Positions 33,215 through 47,886 of a stretch of DNA of 64,000 nt are shown one piece after another. Location of the stretch: NCBI GenBank assembly GCA_001687465.1, contig LVLI01000030.1:1-64000 (forward strand), read 5' to 3'. A program made the position numbers and the translations under genes. Source of the DNA: Halocafeteria seosinensis (Eukaryota). Position 1 is the stretch's first letter. Each line of letters starts with the position of its first letter. Below the pieces are notes generated by a model, which did not search any database, had not been told where the DNA came from, and saw only the letters and a program-made list of their open reading frames with translations.

Positions 33215-33556
33215 TGTCTCCTCTACACAGTCGGATCAAAAAATCGAGGATTCAATACGTATAAACTATTTGAACACGAGGTATAAGAGAACCACCTCGT
33301 TTTTGAGTCTGGAAGGCGTCAAACATTTCGGTGCCTCAAGACTGGGTGCCGCACCCAGGGTGCGAAGCGAAGCAGCGAACGGCACGGTAGGTAGAGGGGT
33401 GGATGTGCATGCTTGAAAATTGAAACTAAAACAACAGTATTTGTTGAATTCTCTATTTCCTTAATGTATTGAATCAGTAGTCGGGATGACAAAAGCTGCA
33501 TGGGGGCATCGTATCACCATCGGAAAAGTTCCGAGTTGACCCGCTTGCAAACACAA

Positions 33557-36500
33557 TCACAAATGAGCATTGTTGTTGTCCAGTATTTGCTCGTATGCAG
33601 ACGACGTAAAGTCATCTCCCGGCATTTGAGTTTGAGCCCGTTGTTTTTTGTAGTACACAACGGCGGCAACAATTAATCCCACTCCCATAATCGTACCAAT
33701 TATGCCACCAGCAACGGCTCCGCCATTCACGTGACTACCATCATCAGTGCCCCCGTGATGGGGGATCGGATTTCCACCCTTAGAAATAATCAAGTTCATC
33801 GAAGGGAAAATTGTAAGTTGCTCATTATCTTCTTGCATGCATTTGCCTGAGCAATAGGCAAGAACGAATACGACGTATTTGTTCGGCTTAATGTTCGAAA
33901 GCGTCACCAATGTTTTGGTGGTATTGACTGAGCTATAGCCGGTGCTGTTTAACTTTGCGTCCCAAGCACCACGAAACCCACATGAGGTATTAAGATGATA
34001 GTTGCTTACTGCGTTTACGTCCGCCTGCAGAGCAAGGTACGCACGATATAGAACTGGTGCCGGCTGGCTGTTTGTAAAAGTAACCCTGTTCCATTTGACA
34101 GTTACTGTGTGTTTACCACTTGTTCCAGAAACATGTACTGACAGAGGACTCGTCGGTTTTTGTAGCATTGTCGGATTCCCAAAGGAAACTTCCAGGAGGG
34201 CATACACGGATCCCAACGCTTTCATACCAGCTCTTGCTTGCGAGGCTGCCAAGGGACTAGTGCCTTCAGGGCTACGTGGAAGGACTGAGATATACATCGA
34301 ACCAGACGATAGGGTGAAGGGAGGCACGCTGGCCGTTGAAGTCGAGTAGTCAAAAGTGCTCTTCACCACGTAGTTTGAGTGGCCCGGGGAAGTTTCTCCA
34401 TGATGGCATCTTTGCTCCGAAGTGCTCTTGTAGCAGACGTATATCTGGGGTATCGCTCTGCACGCACTTGCGTTCAAATTTACCGTTACCGAACCCGTAG
34501 AAGGGCCAATGACCTCAAACACGTTGAGAGCTGAAGGATTCTGAGCGATTATCCCTTGCGGTTCAAGACTCTTATTATCCTCGGCCCACCCAACAAATGT
34601 GATACTGCGGTCTGTTGAGACAATGATCCTGAAGTCCGAAGTAGGGTCATGCAAAGTATCTGGTTTTTCTGAATAAACAGCAATATAGAAAGAACAAGGC
34701 ACTCCACCACAGCTGAGGTATTCTTGGGGAGTAAATACCGAGCTGGCAGGTCCATCTACCACAAACTCAAAACTTGGGTTCCCTCCATAAACCGTTGAGA
34801 GGGGATACTCATCTTCATCCGTACACAAATTACCGTTTCCACACGAATTAACGGTCACGCGTAAGTTTGGACACTGCGAAGTGCAATTCATTTTCGCCAC
34901 GGAAATCTGGAACTGCGGTAAGGCCCCAGTTTGTTGGTTTGATGGAAAGTTGAAGAAGGCCACGGGCCTTTTATAAATGTCTTCCTTATTCCCGGTACAG
35001 ACCCCAACGGAGTTTCGCTGCTTGCAAACAGGCTGAATCCGCGTTTGGGAAAACAAAGGAACTCCATCTCCCAGATGATCCGATGAACTTCCTTCATTGT
35101 ATGTGAGGCTGAAAATGTTCTTAGATGATGAGCTGAAACCTAAGACGCCAACGATCCACCTCGCTGGTGTGCTGAGAACATCGTTCCCACAGTTTTTATG
35201 ATCATTTCTAGCAGGAGGAATTGCGCATGGCTTAGTACTGTTTATGTAAATTGGTTCTCCTGGATGCATAGTGTTAGACCATACAAAGTTGTCGCACGTT
35301 TGTCCCGAGTCAGAGCAAGTAGGCCATGAATTGTAATCGTTATTGATATATACAAATACTTGTCCCTGTATGACCGTAGTTTCAATTATTACGCTCACCA
35401 AGTCATTCTGCGTCAAAAACATGCAATTTCAATACAGCATCGCTCGTATCCTTGGCTAAACAGGGCAAATATACGTACGTAAGGAAAAGTGAAATATGTC
35501 ATCACCTTGTTGGGTACGGATATCTGAGGAGACTGTTGCCCAGGAACTAGATCTTCCGCTTTGTCAGATGTTCGTGCAATGAGGGTGAATCGCGTAATAT
35601 CCTCGGCATCGTCGTTTTCTCCGGGGGTGGAGAGACCTTGAACTCCTATAGCATATATAGTGTTGGACCCATTGTAGCACGGTGAGCTAGAGGTAAACCA
35701 AATGAAATTAGTGTCCGATGCAGCATTAAAACAAATCGCCTGAGGTGGAAGATATCGACTGCTCGCGTTGACGTCATTCCAGACGTTGCTGAAAGAAACG
35801 TTAATGCCCGGTCCCGAAGAGACGTACCAAAAAATGTCGACTTCTTTACTGGTGACGTTGAGATCCGTCCATTGGAAATAGAAGTACTCCCAGGAGTCCG
35901 CGCTGACTTCAGCAGGCATGGGTCGTCCATTTAATAGTTGTTCAACGGTTGGTCGGGGATCAGGTTTCGGCCCCGGTGTCCGAACTACCGCTGAGATCGA
36001 GAAAACAGCATCGGCAAAGTTTGTTGAATGCACTGCCACAATGTACGAGCAACTTGTCGAAAACAGCTTAGCGTGACATGCTTTCGTGTCGTTGTGAGCG
36101 ATCCTCAAAATAACGGATCCGGAATCGGCAGGAGTGCTCCAATTGTAGGTACCTGCATTCCCGGGTATAGGGAGCGACGGTGGAGCAGACCCATCGTCAA
36201 TAACGGCAAGAAGCTGTACAGCACCACTGTCTATGGTAACCTCTATGTCGAGATCCTTGGGGTTGAAAACACTGAACGCATCCATGTTTACGCGATAGTA
36301 TTCCACATCCCCAGATTGAGCAGTACCCGGAAGAGTTCTACCGTCGTTTGGCAGGGCGGTAATGGTGTCGTTCGTTTCTACAAGTAGTCCGTAGATCGTG
36401 AGGGTTTTGTCATAGTCGTAGACGCTCACTCTCACTTCGCATATACATTTTATTTGCTTAGGTGGACAGGGGCATTCCTCCTGTCTGATCATATCGTCAG

Positions 36501-38687
36501 AGTAAATGGACAGCGAATCGATTTCGGAATCCACTGCTCTGCTACTGTAGTTGTAGTAGTATCTGCCAAATCCATTTGGATGTTTTCCCAAGGTAACATA
36601 GAGGTCCGCATCTCCTAAGTCTGTGGTACAGCAAGAAGAATTATTATTTTCGCAAAATGTGAACCATTGAAATGCACATACAGCTTAGCAGATTGATATG
36701 GATAGTTTCGTTCTTGCTGAGGTCGAGAGTTCCTCCGAAAAAATCGTAGTGACCATGATGTAGAGCACCGGTATGGACTTCTGTAGTTGGCAACGGAAAT
36801 GGGTTCGCACTTGAATTGCTATAGCTGGCTTCAATGGAATAGTCTCCTCCGCTTGGGGATGTCACTCCCACGAGCAAAACGCAGTCGTGTCCTTGCGAAA
36901 GGTTGCGCTGACAACCACTACTGAGCGCATTATAGGAAATGTAAAGATTCCCAACACCGTCGAACCCTGTGAAGGCAGAGTAGTTCCAGCTGTTAAAGGA
37001 GTTGTCAAATGTTGCATACATTGAGAGAAACGTATCTGCGACCGTTTGCACGGCTACATCAACCTTGTTTTCCACGATAGTCAAGCTATAATAGACGTAG
37101 GAAGAGGCTGCAACATAATCCTCTCGGTGGTTATTAAAGTTTAACGGTATCACTGACGAATTTTGTGTTCCTTCCAAGTAGGCAGATATAATGAATCCAT
37201 TACGGTCAACGTTGTATCCATCCCCAAAAACAGCAATCATAAAGTTGGTAGTAGCTGTAATCGGTGGTATCTTGATCCTTCGCTCGAGCCCATCTGGAGA
37301 CACGACTCCACTCATGTCATACGTCGAAGGATCGACAATGTACGTGCCCTTCGTTGCGTGCTTAATAACCCTCGGATAGTTGAACGTGCTTCCGCTTCCT
37401 CCTGCGGTTTTTGCAACGTAAATATTAGAGCTACCTGTTATGGGTGACAGCTCAATGACCAAATTGCCCTGTGGTCCCCAGGATGTAAAATTTGGCATGC
37501 GGAAATATGCCAAAGAAGCGGTAGCGACAGTTTGCCACTCTTCTTGTCCCAGCGGCAGCAGTGTACTTGCATTGATATTACTTGTTGAGACCTCAATTGA
37601 GTATCGACTCTGATCATATCCGTATACACCTATGTATATCGTCTTACCCCATGTAAATTTAGTGTCACCTGAAGAAATCAGAATTGAATCGTCGCCATCT
37701 ATAGCGAAACTTCCCCATGTGTAATTGTCGAACGTTGGGTAATGGGTGACCAGACTAGTTACCACGTCCGCATCTCCGCTTAAACTCTGTAGGTAGGTGA
37801 CAACAATGTGTACAGACGTAATGGGGTTAGGTTGAATAGCGATGTCCACTCACGGTCAGGTATATCTGTAGCAGTGGATCCTGCTGTGGCTGAGGTCCTG
37901 TTGGTTGAAATTGGTAGTTCCTGTACTTCTGGTACGCTACTTCCGCAGTTTGGGAGATGCCATCTTGAAGGGTGAGGATAGGAGATGCACCCACTGTCGC
38001 CTCCTCGTCGAAAGCTGTTGCATGATTGCCTTTCTCTTTGCGCTCGAAGCTACGTTTGCCCATTGGCGCAGTGTGGAACACCACCTGCAGGAAAGCCGTC
38101 ATCTTGCTTCTGGAAGTCGCCTCGACTTTCACACTACTAGATCTGCAGCATACCGGTATTCTTCCGGGGGATGGCTAAACTCATCTAGTACTTCGTTCTG
38201 TGGCACTTACTTCTTCAGCAATCCCAAGATAGGTCCGGACGGAGCAAATGTTTCTCCCACCATCACGAGCTGGCAAGTTGAGTTTGTTGGGTAGAGTTTC
38301 GTCCTTGGGTGTTCCGGATGTACTGGCTTAACACACAGAGTGATGGCGTTCGAGTGGAGCTTATCAGGAGAATACCATTGAATCCGCGGGATCTGGAGCA
38401 ACGATTTTGTCCGTCTCTCCTTCAGAGTTTTCCCAAACGCTTTTGGCATGGGAATAATCCATTCGGAGGTCTTCTCGGGACCCAAATTCAGAGTCTGCTT
38501 GTGGACAATGGGGGCTTTCTGAAGGGAAACAATGGATACGAGGACACATAAGTTTGAGTTTTTCCGTCGGAAATTTTGCCAAATCCGCATCAATATAGCT
38601 TACTTTGGGCTGTCCTGTGGCACGAGAGGAGGCCACTAGGCACCCCAATGCCACCAGAAAGGTAGTCAATGTCCGTAGGTAAGCCAT
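33557..38687 (-). CDS. Large type-I membrane glycoprotein with tandem beta-sandwich (PPC-like) domains; multi-exon
   Basis: Signal peptide MAYLRTLTTFLVALGCLVASSRA; repeats of the form YxYF...GDADxYV...P...Y.IGVYG; C-terminal TM GAVAGGIIGTIMGVGLIVAAVVYY followed by KK; GT-AG introns link the ORFs. Confidence 0.85.
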
Positions 38688-39215
38688 CGTGCTATTGACC
38701 GTGTAAAAACTAGAGATCAATGTCCCGTTTAGAACTTCCTAATGAATGGAAACCGGGTGTCGTTTCCACTTTCCCACTCGATTTCGAGGTCCCAAGTCAG
38801 TCTCTTGCAAAGCCGTTGACTGTCCAAACAGATTTGTGATCGAAAGAATACTGCTAGGGTACTATACACTCGGAATTTACCCCTTAGATTATATGCAATG
38901 GGTCATCGGCTGCAAATTTTCCGCCACAGCGTGCGGACCCAACAATCTTTTCGTCGGTATGAAAAATAGGAAGCAATCTTTTCGTCTACTTGAAGTAGAC
39001 GATCGAAGCAACGAGGGTTTTCTTTCTTTTCCTTGCATTCCATGACTCCCTCGTAGGTTGGTAGTTAGATATTCGCTTCTAAATCTGCCAACTTCTGGTT
39101 GTTTGTCACTGGACGAACTTGGAACAGCCTGTATTGGACCCCAAAGAAAAAAAAAAAGTGGATTGGGTCCCAACTTCAACTTGCAGCGCTTGTATCTTGT
39201 TATATTGTGTCCAAA

Positions 39216-42200
39216 ATGGTACGTAAACAGTCTATAAGGAGCGCCCTAGTGGCACAGCACCTTCGTATAGTTTGGTGTTAAAACTTTGTCTTGGAATTTG
39301 GCACTAAAATTGCTTTGTTTGGGCAGGAACCCTTGGTAAGCGATCTGGATACCGAGGTGCTTGAGCGCTTCGCATTGGCTAACGTACGTGTATACACCTC
39401 TATTGCCGCCTCTGGCTCACTCTACATGTTCGCAATATTATTGTCTGTATGGATGACAGAACCATGAAGAGAGGGAGCAAATTGTGTCCCAACTGGTCCC
39501 TGGGTCCCGAGACCACGTTTTACTTCAAGCATTAGTGTCTGAGCAAGCAGGTAGGGGGTTATATTACTGTAGCACTTTTCACAGTGGTTACTGTAGATTC
39601 AGTCACTTTGGCGGAGAATTTTGAGTGGAAGAAGAGAAGCTCGAAGTAGTGGTGTCATTTCTTCGTTGTACTTGGGTTGCAGGCTACCCGGATTCTTGGG
39701 AAGAAAAGCGACAACAGTACACATCATACCACGATATTCAGTGCAATTTTGACTTCCGAAAGGAAATAAAAGAATTTGACCCATCTCTGCCTGCATCGGA
39801 AGGAAGAAATAAGGCATGTTACTGAATAGTAGCTTCTCTGTGGTCTCTGGTATTATCATGTGTGTGTGTCCGCAGACTATCATCGATCGCCTGAGGAAAC
39901 GGATGAACGTTAGCACTTCCGTTCCTCCACCACCAGAGGTAAGGAGTGGTGAACTCTTAAAATTGTCTCTTCCATGGCTAGTTCAACCTGAATATTCTAC
40001 ATGCAGAAACCGGACTTGTCCATCTTGCCAACCCGTGTTGATTACTCTGCAAAAGAGGCTATCAGGAGCAAACTTGATAAGTGGTCTCCCAAGAAGATTG
40101 TAGAGATGATCAATCGCGATGGATCCAACGGGCTGCTGATCAAAGTACGTAGTGTTCACGTACTTGATTTGATCCTACGATAAGTGTAAAAGCTATCAAG
40201 GTACAGGAAGTGGTAGATATTTTAATGGAGCGGGACGACCTGATTGATGTCCTACATTTCCTCGTTCGCCGAGAAGGACCCCCCGTGTTTTTAGATTCCG
40301 AAAAACGAGTTGCTGTGGTTGAATCGGCGTTAAAGGCGCCGTAAGTGGTTTTCCTTCCTTCAACTTGGATATGGCAAGGGCACTCATATGCCAAAGTGTA
40401 CCGCAGTGCTGAATTTGGTTCGCTTAACGATGAACCTCAATATGATACTATATTCAATAACCTTACAACCGACGAGCTGAAAAAGTTATCAAATACAAGT
40501 CAAGTAAGTTTGCAGTATCCGAAGAAGGCAGAAAGATGGACTGGCTAACATTGGAAAATTGTCTACAGGGTAGCTCCTTGCATCGTAATCGGCATTTTGT
40601 GGAAAATAGGTTGTTACGGACCTTTTCCAGTCGAATCCGAACCGATTATGCACAATATCCGGAGGTTTTTGATGAAGCATGGGCTTTCATCAGTAATCTT
40701 GCGCCCACTTTTAGCGATCTAAAGCTATCGATACTGTACAGCCGCTTGAAGGCTCGTCTGAAAACTTCCGGTACTGTTCTGGAAGCTGGCGATTTATCTC
40801 GTTCTCCGAAGAAATTGAAAAAATCCGAATTTTTCCAATACCTAACTATTCCCCGTTACAGCACCAAGTGGAACCAACTTGGAGATATTTCTCGAAAGTA
40901 TGGAGAAGCTGAAACAGTTCGTCTTGGATATGGCCGCTTCATTGTGAAGCGACTGTTGTACGTTCCGACCGAGGAGGAGGAGAAAGAGCTGGTAATGAGG
41001 GGTACGTTGCCGGCGCCCATTTGGCCAAGGGAATATGTTATGGATGCTGACGTTTTTGCAGGGCTTCATGAGGTACTAGCGCATTGCTCTAATGATCAGG
41101 CAACTGTTTTTACCGAAGTTATTGAAGAAAAATTCTTGAACAACATTCATGCGGAGGCAAAACTTCTTTCCGGCAATAGCGACTTGGAGTGGGTTAACAA
41201 ATATGGGTCTAGCAATGTGCACCGGCTGGCTGAACAAACGCAGCTAGAATTCTCTCCGAGAAACAATAACAGCTACGCTTTAAGTGACAAAGTTGTACTG
41301 AATGTGAGTAATAACAAAGTTAACCGTGTAAGAAACTACGTAGCGCTTATTTTTCTTCTAAGGGATTACAGGTTCGGGTAAAGAACGTCGGACGGCTTGA
41401 TATCTCAGTGTATGAAATTAACACACTCAATTACTACAAAGAGAAGAAGGAGGAGATATCTACAGATATTGACATTGAGGGCATGGTGCCGAACTCTACA
41501 ATGTCAATCGACGTTGATCTTCCGCAGCTCGTTCTTCAGGAACGTGAGGTTCCACTTCCCATCCTTGACGAGTGTAAGCGTGGAGTCTACTTAGTAGAAC
41601 TCTCAGGCGGCGGTCAAAGTACGCGGGCCATAATACGTAAAGGGTCTTTGAAGTTTCTATATCATCACACTGTTGCTGGTACTGCCGTCTCCATTCTTGA
41701 CGAGTATAAACAACCCATAGCTTCCGAGAAGGTGCTGCTACATTGCATGGGTGAAACGTTTGACGCGAGAAGTGGAAACTTGACAAATCAGGGGGAAATA
41801 TTGCTTCCCCCACCTCCCCAGTCTAAGAAGAGTGAACCTATTATTGCTGACGTAACCGGGTCATCTACTCGTTTTGCTGCTCTTTTCCGGATTGACTTGC
41901 CAGAAGAAACATACACACTGGAAAGTAACTGGTTTTTCGAGCGGTAAGAACTAAGTCCGCGTACTCCAGATGCACCGATTCTATGGTATATGCAACTTTG
42001 ACTGTGCAGTGAATGCTTAACTAGCTCGTGCAATTCCTTGCCCATTCTTGTTCGCCCGAAGCTGCTTCAGGGATCGCAGCGATTTCCGGTTTCACTCGAT
42101 CTATTGGAAGACCCATGTATTACGGTCACGTGGTAAGTCTGTGTTCTTTACTTATTTCCTGAAGCAGAACTACAGTTACTACTGTAGCGATGCAATGCAG

Positions 42201-45200
42201 GTGTACAGCCGAAGGGGGAAGGTCACGAGAAGAATTACCAAACGTAAAACTACGTGGTAATTTTGACCTGGAGGCGCTTGCTCGGGTCCCAGTGAACGCC
42301 ACCTCGCTTGTGCTGCAACTCGTGGGCTACGTCAGACCGATGCAAAATAGGCAAAAACACCGGCTACAGTCTGAACACCATGTTATTCTTTCAGGTATTT
42401 CACAGAAGAAATATTGCCGATGTTTCCATCTTAAGTTCGTGGATGAGAGTTTACGCATTGGGGAGGAGGAATTCCCTGCTGGATACCGCCTCTATTGTTT
42501 AGGGAAAGATGGGGAGTGTTGCTATGCCGAGGTTGATATTACTCCAGACTTTGGATATAAGCCTTTGGTTCCGTTCATTTCACCCATTCGGGTCAGAACC
42601 AATGACCATGGTTTCGTTTCTTTAGGGACATTGGAAGGAGTGAGCTCAATTCAGGTATCTCCCATGGGGGATCAAAGCTGCGTCAGCAATACTCGCTTCG
42701 AACTGCGCAGTGGAGTATGCGAGCTATACAGTAGCCGATTTTACACGGCTACTAGCACTGATCTCTTGCAGACTCGTATTCCTACGAGTTACTGTCCAAG
42801 CCGTCAGGGGGATTCTGCTGGTGAACGGCCAACGTACAAACTGTTTAGAGTGGCAAGCGATCCTAATATCGTGACCGAGGATGCGGAGACGTTAATCCCT
42901 CTTGTAGACGACAGTAATCATGTACAGTATAGTGAGGACGAGAGAATGTTGAATGTGAGCGGTCTGAGTGAGGGCGTCTATCATTTGTCATTGTCGAATC
43001 GTAACCCCAGAGCTATTGGTCCAGTTGTTTTCACCATTGTCGTGTTGCCTGGAGACAACGTGGGCATGGATATACACTCATCGGGCTCTGTTCCTGCTCT
43101 ATATCTGTCTAATGCCTCAACCTCTGGCTGTTCTGTGCAGCTGCTTAATGCTAAGGTAACGGGATCGACCTTTGAGGAGGCTGAGTTCTTCGCCGAAGTG
43201 TTGTGGAATACAAGCTCAACCCCCAGAGTGCATCTACAATCGACAGTGTTTGAGCCTAGAGTTCCTCTATTTGGAGATCTTTCTCACCACACTCTTTTTG
43301 ATCAGTTTTCCTCTGGAGAGTGTTTACAGCAAGAATACATCTCAACTTACTCGGGCTCAAATGTCGCAGCTGTTGAAGAGAGGTAAGTTTTCGCGAAAAT
43401 GTCTCACCCCTTTAACGACTCTTACAGCCAGGAGTGATTCTTTCAGATATGTGTCCGAGCGCCGTGTTGCAAGTGGATGCTTCACTGGGACAAGACTGTC
43501 TCGACCGTCTTTGCTCGCAGTGCCCGTAGCTCTTACCGAAAAAGATGTCTCGGTGGCGCCCGCTTCTGTAGATTTTATACGTGGAGGAGCCACGACCGGA
43601 AAAACGAGGACCGGACATGGAGGTTACAAACCAATGGCCAGTCTCTTTGCAAAATACCACGATGTTGCCTTTGAGAGAGACCTATCCCACGAGGATTGCA
43701 CCTTTGACTTCCTCGCCCAGGGCACACCGTTTTCCTTTAACATGGTGCCTTCAGTTGACGGGTCGTTTGAGGACCTGTCACGTGGTGTCATACGTATTCC
43801 ACTGACCCAATTGCTGGAAAATACGGAGGAAAGTAAAATGCTCTCCTTTCTAGTTACAGCTCGAGAATGCAGCATAGCGGGGACACTGCCCGTAAAATGG
43901 ACACTGGGAGAGCAACGGTTGCCGTACTCGCGTTGCCCGGACTTCTCCGTAGCTCTTAAGTATCCTTTGGATTTGCAAAGTCATTTCGTGCGTCAGCGCA
44001 AAGCCAAACGGCTTGATAGAGGCAGCAGACTAGAAGCCACGTACATGTCAGATTCGAAGCTCGCACCATTCACGTGTCTTCCGGATGCATTTCGCCTTCT
44101 AGATGCTTTGAATCCCGTTAAAGACACATTCAGCGAGTTCACTTTCCTATCGAATTGGGCTACTCTAACACATCCGGCAAAACTTGAAAAATATTCTCGT
44201 TTTGCCTGTAACGAGTTGCACTTTTTCCTGTTTCGGAAAGATCCAGAGTTCTTTGATGGAGTAGTGAAGCCTCTAATTTCTTGCAAACGCGCAATGACTT
44301 TGGCTGACCGATATCTCCTCGGACACAATTTGTTGGCGTACACAGATATCCACTTATGGAACTCGATGAACGCTTTCGAAAAATGTTTGGTGATTGACTG
44401 GACACGACGAAACGTGAGTGTGGAAAAGGCTAAAGAATTATTTCGGGCGCTCGCTGATGACGTAGTAGCAAATCCAACCCCCGAGACTGTATGGAATGAC
44501 ATATTTGAAGTAAGTCAACTCTTCTATTCTGAGAATATTTGCATATCAATGTGGATTATCGAATGCTTCTGCAGCACGCGTTTGCTTCTTCGGATGCGAT
44601 GGAAGGAGCTGAAGAAGCTGAAGAAGCCGTATCGGATTCTGGAGCTGCGGGTCCCCTTTGGGATAAAGGCGATTCCAGCGAGGATGAAGAGGAATACCAG
44701 CTCATCGCACAGAGTTGTGCAGATTCCTTATTCGATGGCGATGCGTTCGGAGCTGCTTCAATGGAACTTTGCACTGGTGCATCACCACCTCCCCCTGCTC
44801 CGTCTCGTTCTCGTGCTGCTCTGAAGGGAATGGCGTTGCAGAGTGCTCGCGCAGCCCCGACAAAAATGGCTCCAAGGAAAGAAATGAAAAAAAGTACGCG
44901 CATACATGTTTTGAGAAATCTATGTTTGTCGTTCCACTAATGCTCCAAGCTTGCAGAAGCGAGACCTAGAGGACGTGCAAGAGAGGGAGCGGCCATTCCT
45001 ATCGCTCTAGCAGCGGATGCTAGTGAGGAGGAGGAGGAACTAGACGAAGATTTTGTGGATCTTGGTGACAGTGACTTGTATGTGATGTTTGAAATGACAG
45101 CGTTTGTTAAATGAAATACGGTATACATGTTTCTCAGGCTGCAACTAAGGGACCGACACTTTAAGCAGTTCTATCAGCCGGTTGAGAAAACGAAGGAACT

Positions 45201-47867
45201 TGCCGAGAGTCAATATTACCGAATCTCTCCTAGGGACGACAATAACCAGACTGCTACGATCGTCACAACAGAATTTTGGCGAGATCTTGCTGAGCATTGT
45301 GCAAACTATGATCTACGCGACGAGTTTGTTTCCGAGAACTTTCCTCTCGCCGCCAAGAACATCAATGTGCAATTGCTAGCCTTAGCTCTACTGGATATGC
45401 CATTCCAGCGTCCGTCTTATCAAACAACAGTCAACGAGAGTCGGGGAACCATAAAGTTTAACTCTCCTTCAGAGTCCGTTTGCGTGATCTTTAATCAGGA
45501 GATACTGAGAGTCGAAGAAGCAAACGCTGCAACGGGTGTTGTCTGTGTGAGTTATGATTTGCACTCGTGTTTACAATGCTGTGGAGTTCACGTTATCGTC
45601 TCGCCTCACAGGGCCGGACGTATTTTGACCCATTTAATAAAACGAAAATCCATAACGGGAAAGCAGTAGAACGCACACTGTCTCCAACGGACTTTGTACC
45701 TGCCAAAGTAAGTCGTCTGTACAGGATGAGCGGCGCTAGAGTCTTCTTTACTATGGCTCATGTTGACTGCAGCAATATGGGTGCCAAGTGGTTATAACGA
45801 ACATCACGGCACATACAAAGAATGTGGATATCTTGCTGCAGATTCCCGAAGTACGTAGGAGCCTGCTTCGAACTATTTGAACCGAAATTTACCGTGATCT
45901 TTGACATTGTGCCCAGGGCTCCGTTTGCGTTGGAACCAACTTTGTCACGAGAGTAGTGCAGAAGAGTATACCGTCATTTTCGACGTCGCAAGTGACGTAC
46001 AACTTTTACTTCCCAGAAGCGGGCACGTTTAGCCACTACCCTGTTCAAGTGTCAGAAAAGAAGCAGCTGGTTGCTTGTAGCAATCTTTCTCATCTTACTG
46101 TGAATGCCGATCGCAAAGTCCCTCAAGATTCTTCCAGTTGGGAATATTTGTGCAGTTATGGTGAACGTTCGAGTGTACGTAAACCAGCTTCTGTATGCTT
46201 GTAGAAACTGCATTAACTCAGACGGTCTCCCCCTCCTCCCTCCGCAGGTATTAAGCTACTTGACACAAGCTAATTTGAGCGAAAACATTGGTTATGTAGA
46301 CGATATACTGTGGAAATGTAGTGACAAAGGCTTTTGGGAGGATCTCGTGAGCATTCTCAAGCAGCGAAATGTTTTTCATCTTAAAGCATTTTCGCTGGCT
46401 TTCTTACACTACTCCACGAGCGGAATCAAAGAGCTGATTGAGTTTCTGCGTCCAAAAGAAGTCTTGCTGCGTCTCAGTCCTCACTTTGAGTCGCGGTTCC
46501 TCTCTGTATCTATGTTTGCAGACCAGTTGCGTGACTGTGAAACGCTTCCTGCTTTGACTGATGATGATTCAGTTTTTGGAGGTTACACCCACGTTGAATT
46601 CTGGCACCTGGTTCACGTGCGAGCACATCCTTTCTCGTCTGGAAACTTTGATGCTTTGTTGAAAGAACCTATTTACCGCTGGAAAAAACTCTTGTCGTCT
46701 CTCTCCTTTAAGAGCCCGAGAGAAAGAAGCTCGACTGAAAGCCTATTGCTTGCGTATCATCTGTGTCTGCAAGATCGTTCGAAAGCAGCACGTGCGCTCA
46801 TTGAGAAGATGAACATGCCAGCGCTTTCCAAAGCTGAAGACGTATTGAAGAAATACAACGATGACTTTCCTCACTTGGCCAAAGTTTATCAGTGGCAAAA
46901 CTTTGTTACCGTTGAGCGGGAAGAGAACCCTGAGACACAACTCCACTTATTTTACGATTACATGGTAGGGTACTTGGAACTTCAATTGGTTCCGCCGGCT
47001 GGTGCATACAAAATGGCAAGGCAGAGGGGGGAAACTATGGGAAGAGAAGCAACAAATGCAGAGCTTGTGCAGAAGGTCGTTTATCCTCTGTTCCCGATAG
47101 CTACCACCGTTGCTCTAGCATACGAAGATTTTCCTGACATCCGGTGGCGTGCGAAGTTTGCGGAAATGATGCAAAACTTACTAGAACTTGGAGAGTACTA
47201 TGCAGTCGTCGACCCGACTGCTAGTGTTGAGGAAACGGCCGATGCTCCTGTGAAAACACCTACGTTACATTTAGAGGTGGATCATGAAGGCACCGTCAAG
47301 GCGCGAGCGGAGTCTTGTAGTTCGCTGGTCTTAAAGTACTATTTCCTAGACGTTGAGACATTGTTTTCAAAGGAACCGTTTGTCTTTGCTGCCGCCCAAG
47401 GAACTTGTAAGTTTGGTTTCGCCAAACCCAACTACAGGGCCACTTTTCGGTTACCGCAGGATTTAGAAGATACTCTTCAGTGTCCCTTGCCAGAACCATG
47501 CAAGCAACAAAACTCGATGATTGAAGGCTTGTGTCCCGATGAGGGTGTACGCCGAACTCTCACCTATTGCGCGAATACTTTGAGAATATCAGTAGATGAA
47601 ACTGCTGGATTTGTGCGCGTCGAAGACTTTCAGGGCGCTAAAGCAATCCCAGCGGTGTACATTAAAGTTTACTGGCGAGGACAAGGCAGCACCCGAACCA
47701 GCGCTGACGCAAAATTCTACAAGGATGGTTATACCGACATACTTGGGCGATTTGATTTTGCATCCCTCAGCACGGATGAGCTCGACAAGGTAGAGGAGCT
47801 GGCCATATTAGTATCTTCTTCCTCCTATGGAGCAGAAGTCGTTTATGCGAAACCACCTCGCATCTGA
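39216..47867 (+). CDS. Very large (~2000+ aa) conserved hypothetical protein with many exons; macroglobulin-like beta domains suspected
   Basis: Spliced start M|EPLVSDLDTEVLERFALAN|NHEEREQIVSQLVPGS; internal GVYLVELSGGGQSTRAIIRKGSL, CNELHFFLFRKDPEFF, FYFPEAGTFSHYPVQV; C-terminus VYIKVY...FYKDGYTDILGRFDFASLST. A collinear chain of + strand exons. Confidence 0.8.
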
Positions 47868-47886
47868 AGTCAAAGTCACACCTTGT

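Noticed and set aside
39599..46204. Many short ORFs as separate genes or a frameshifted pseudogene
   Set aside because: They are explained as exons of one + strand gene separated by canonical short introns, plus antisense shadows.
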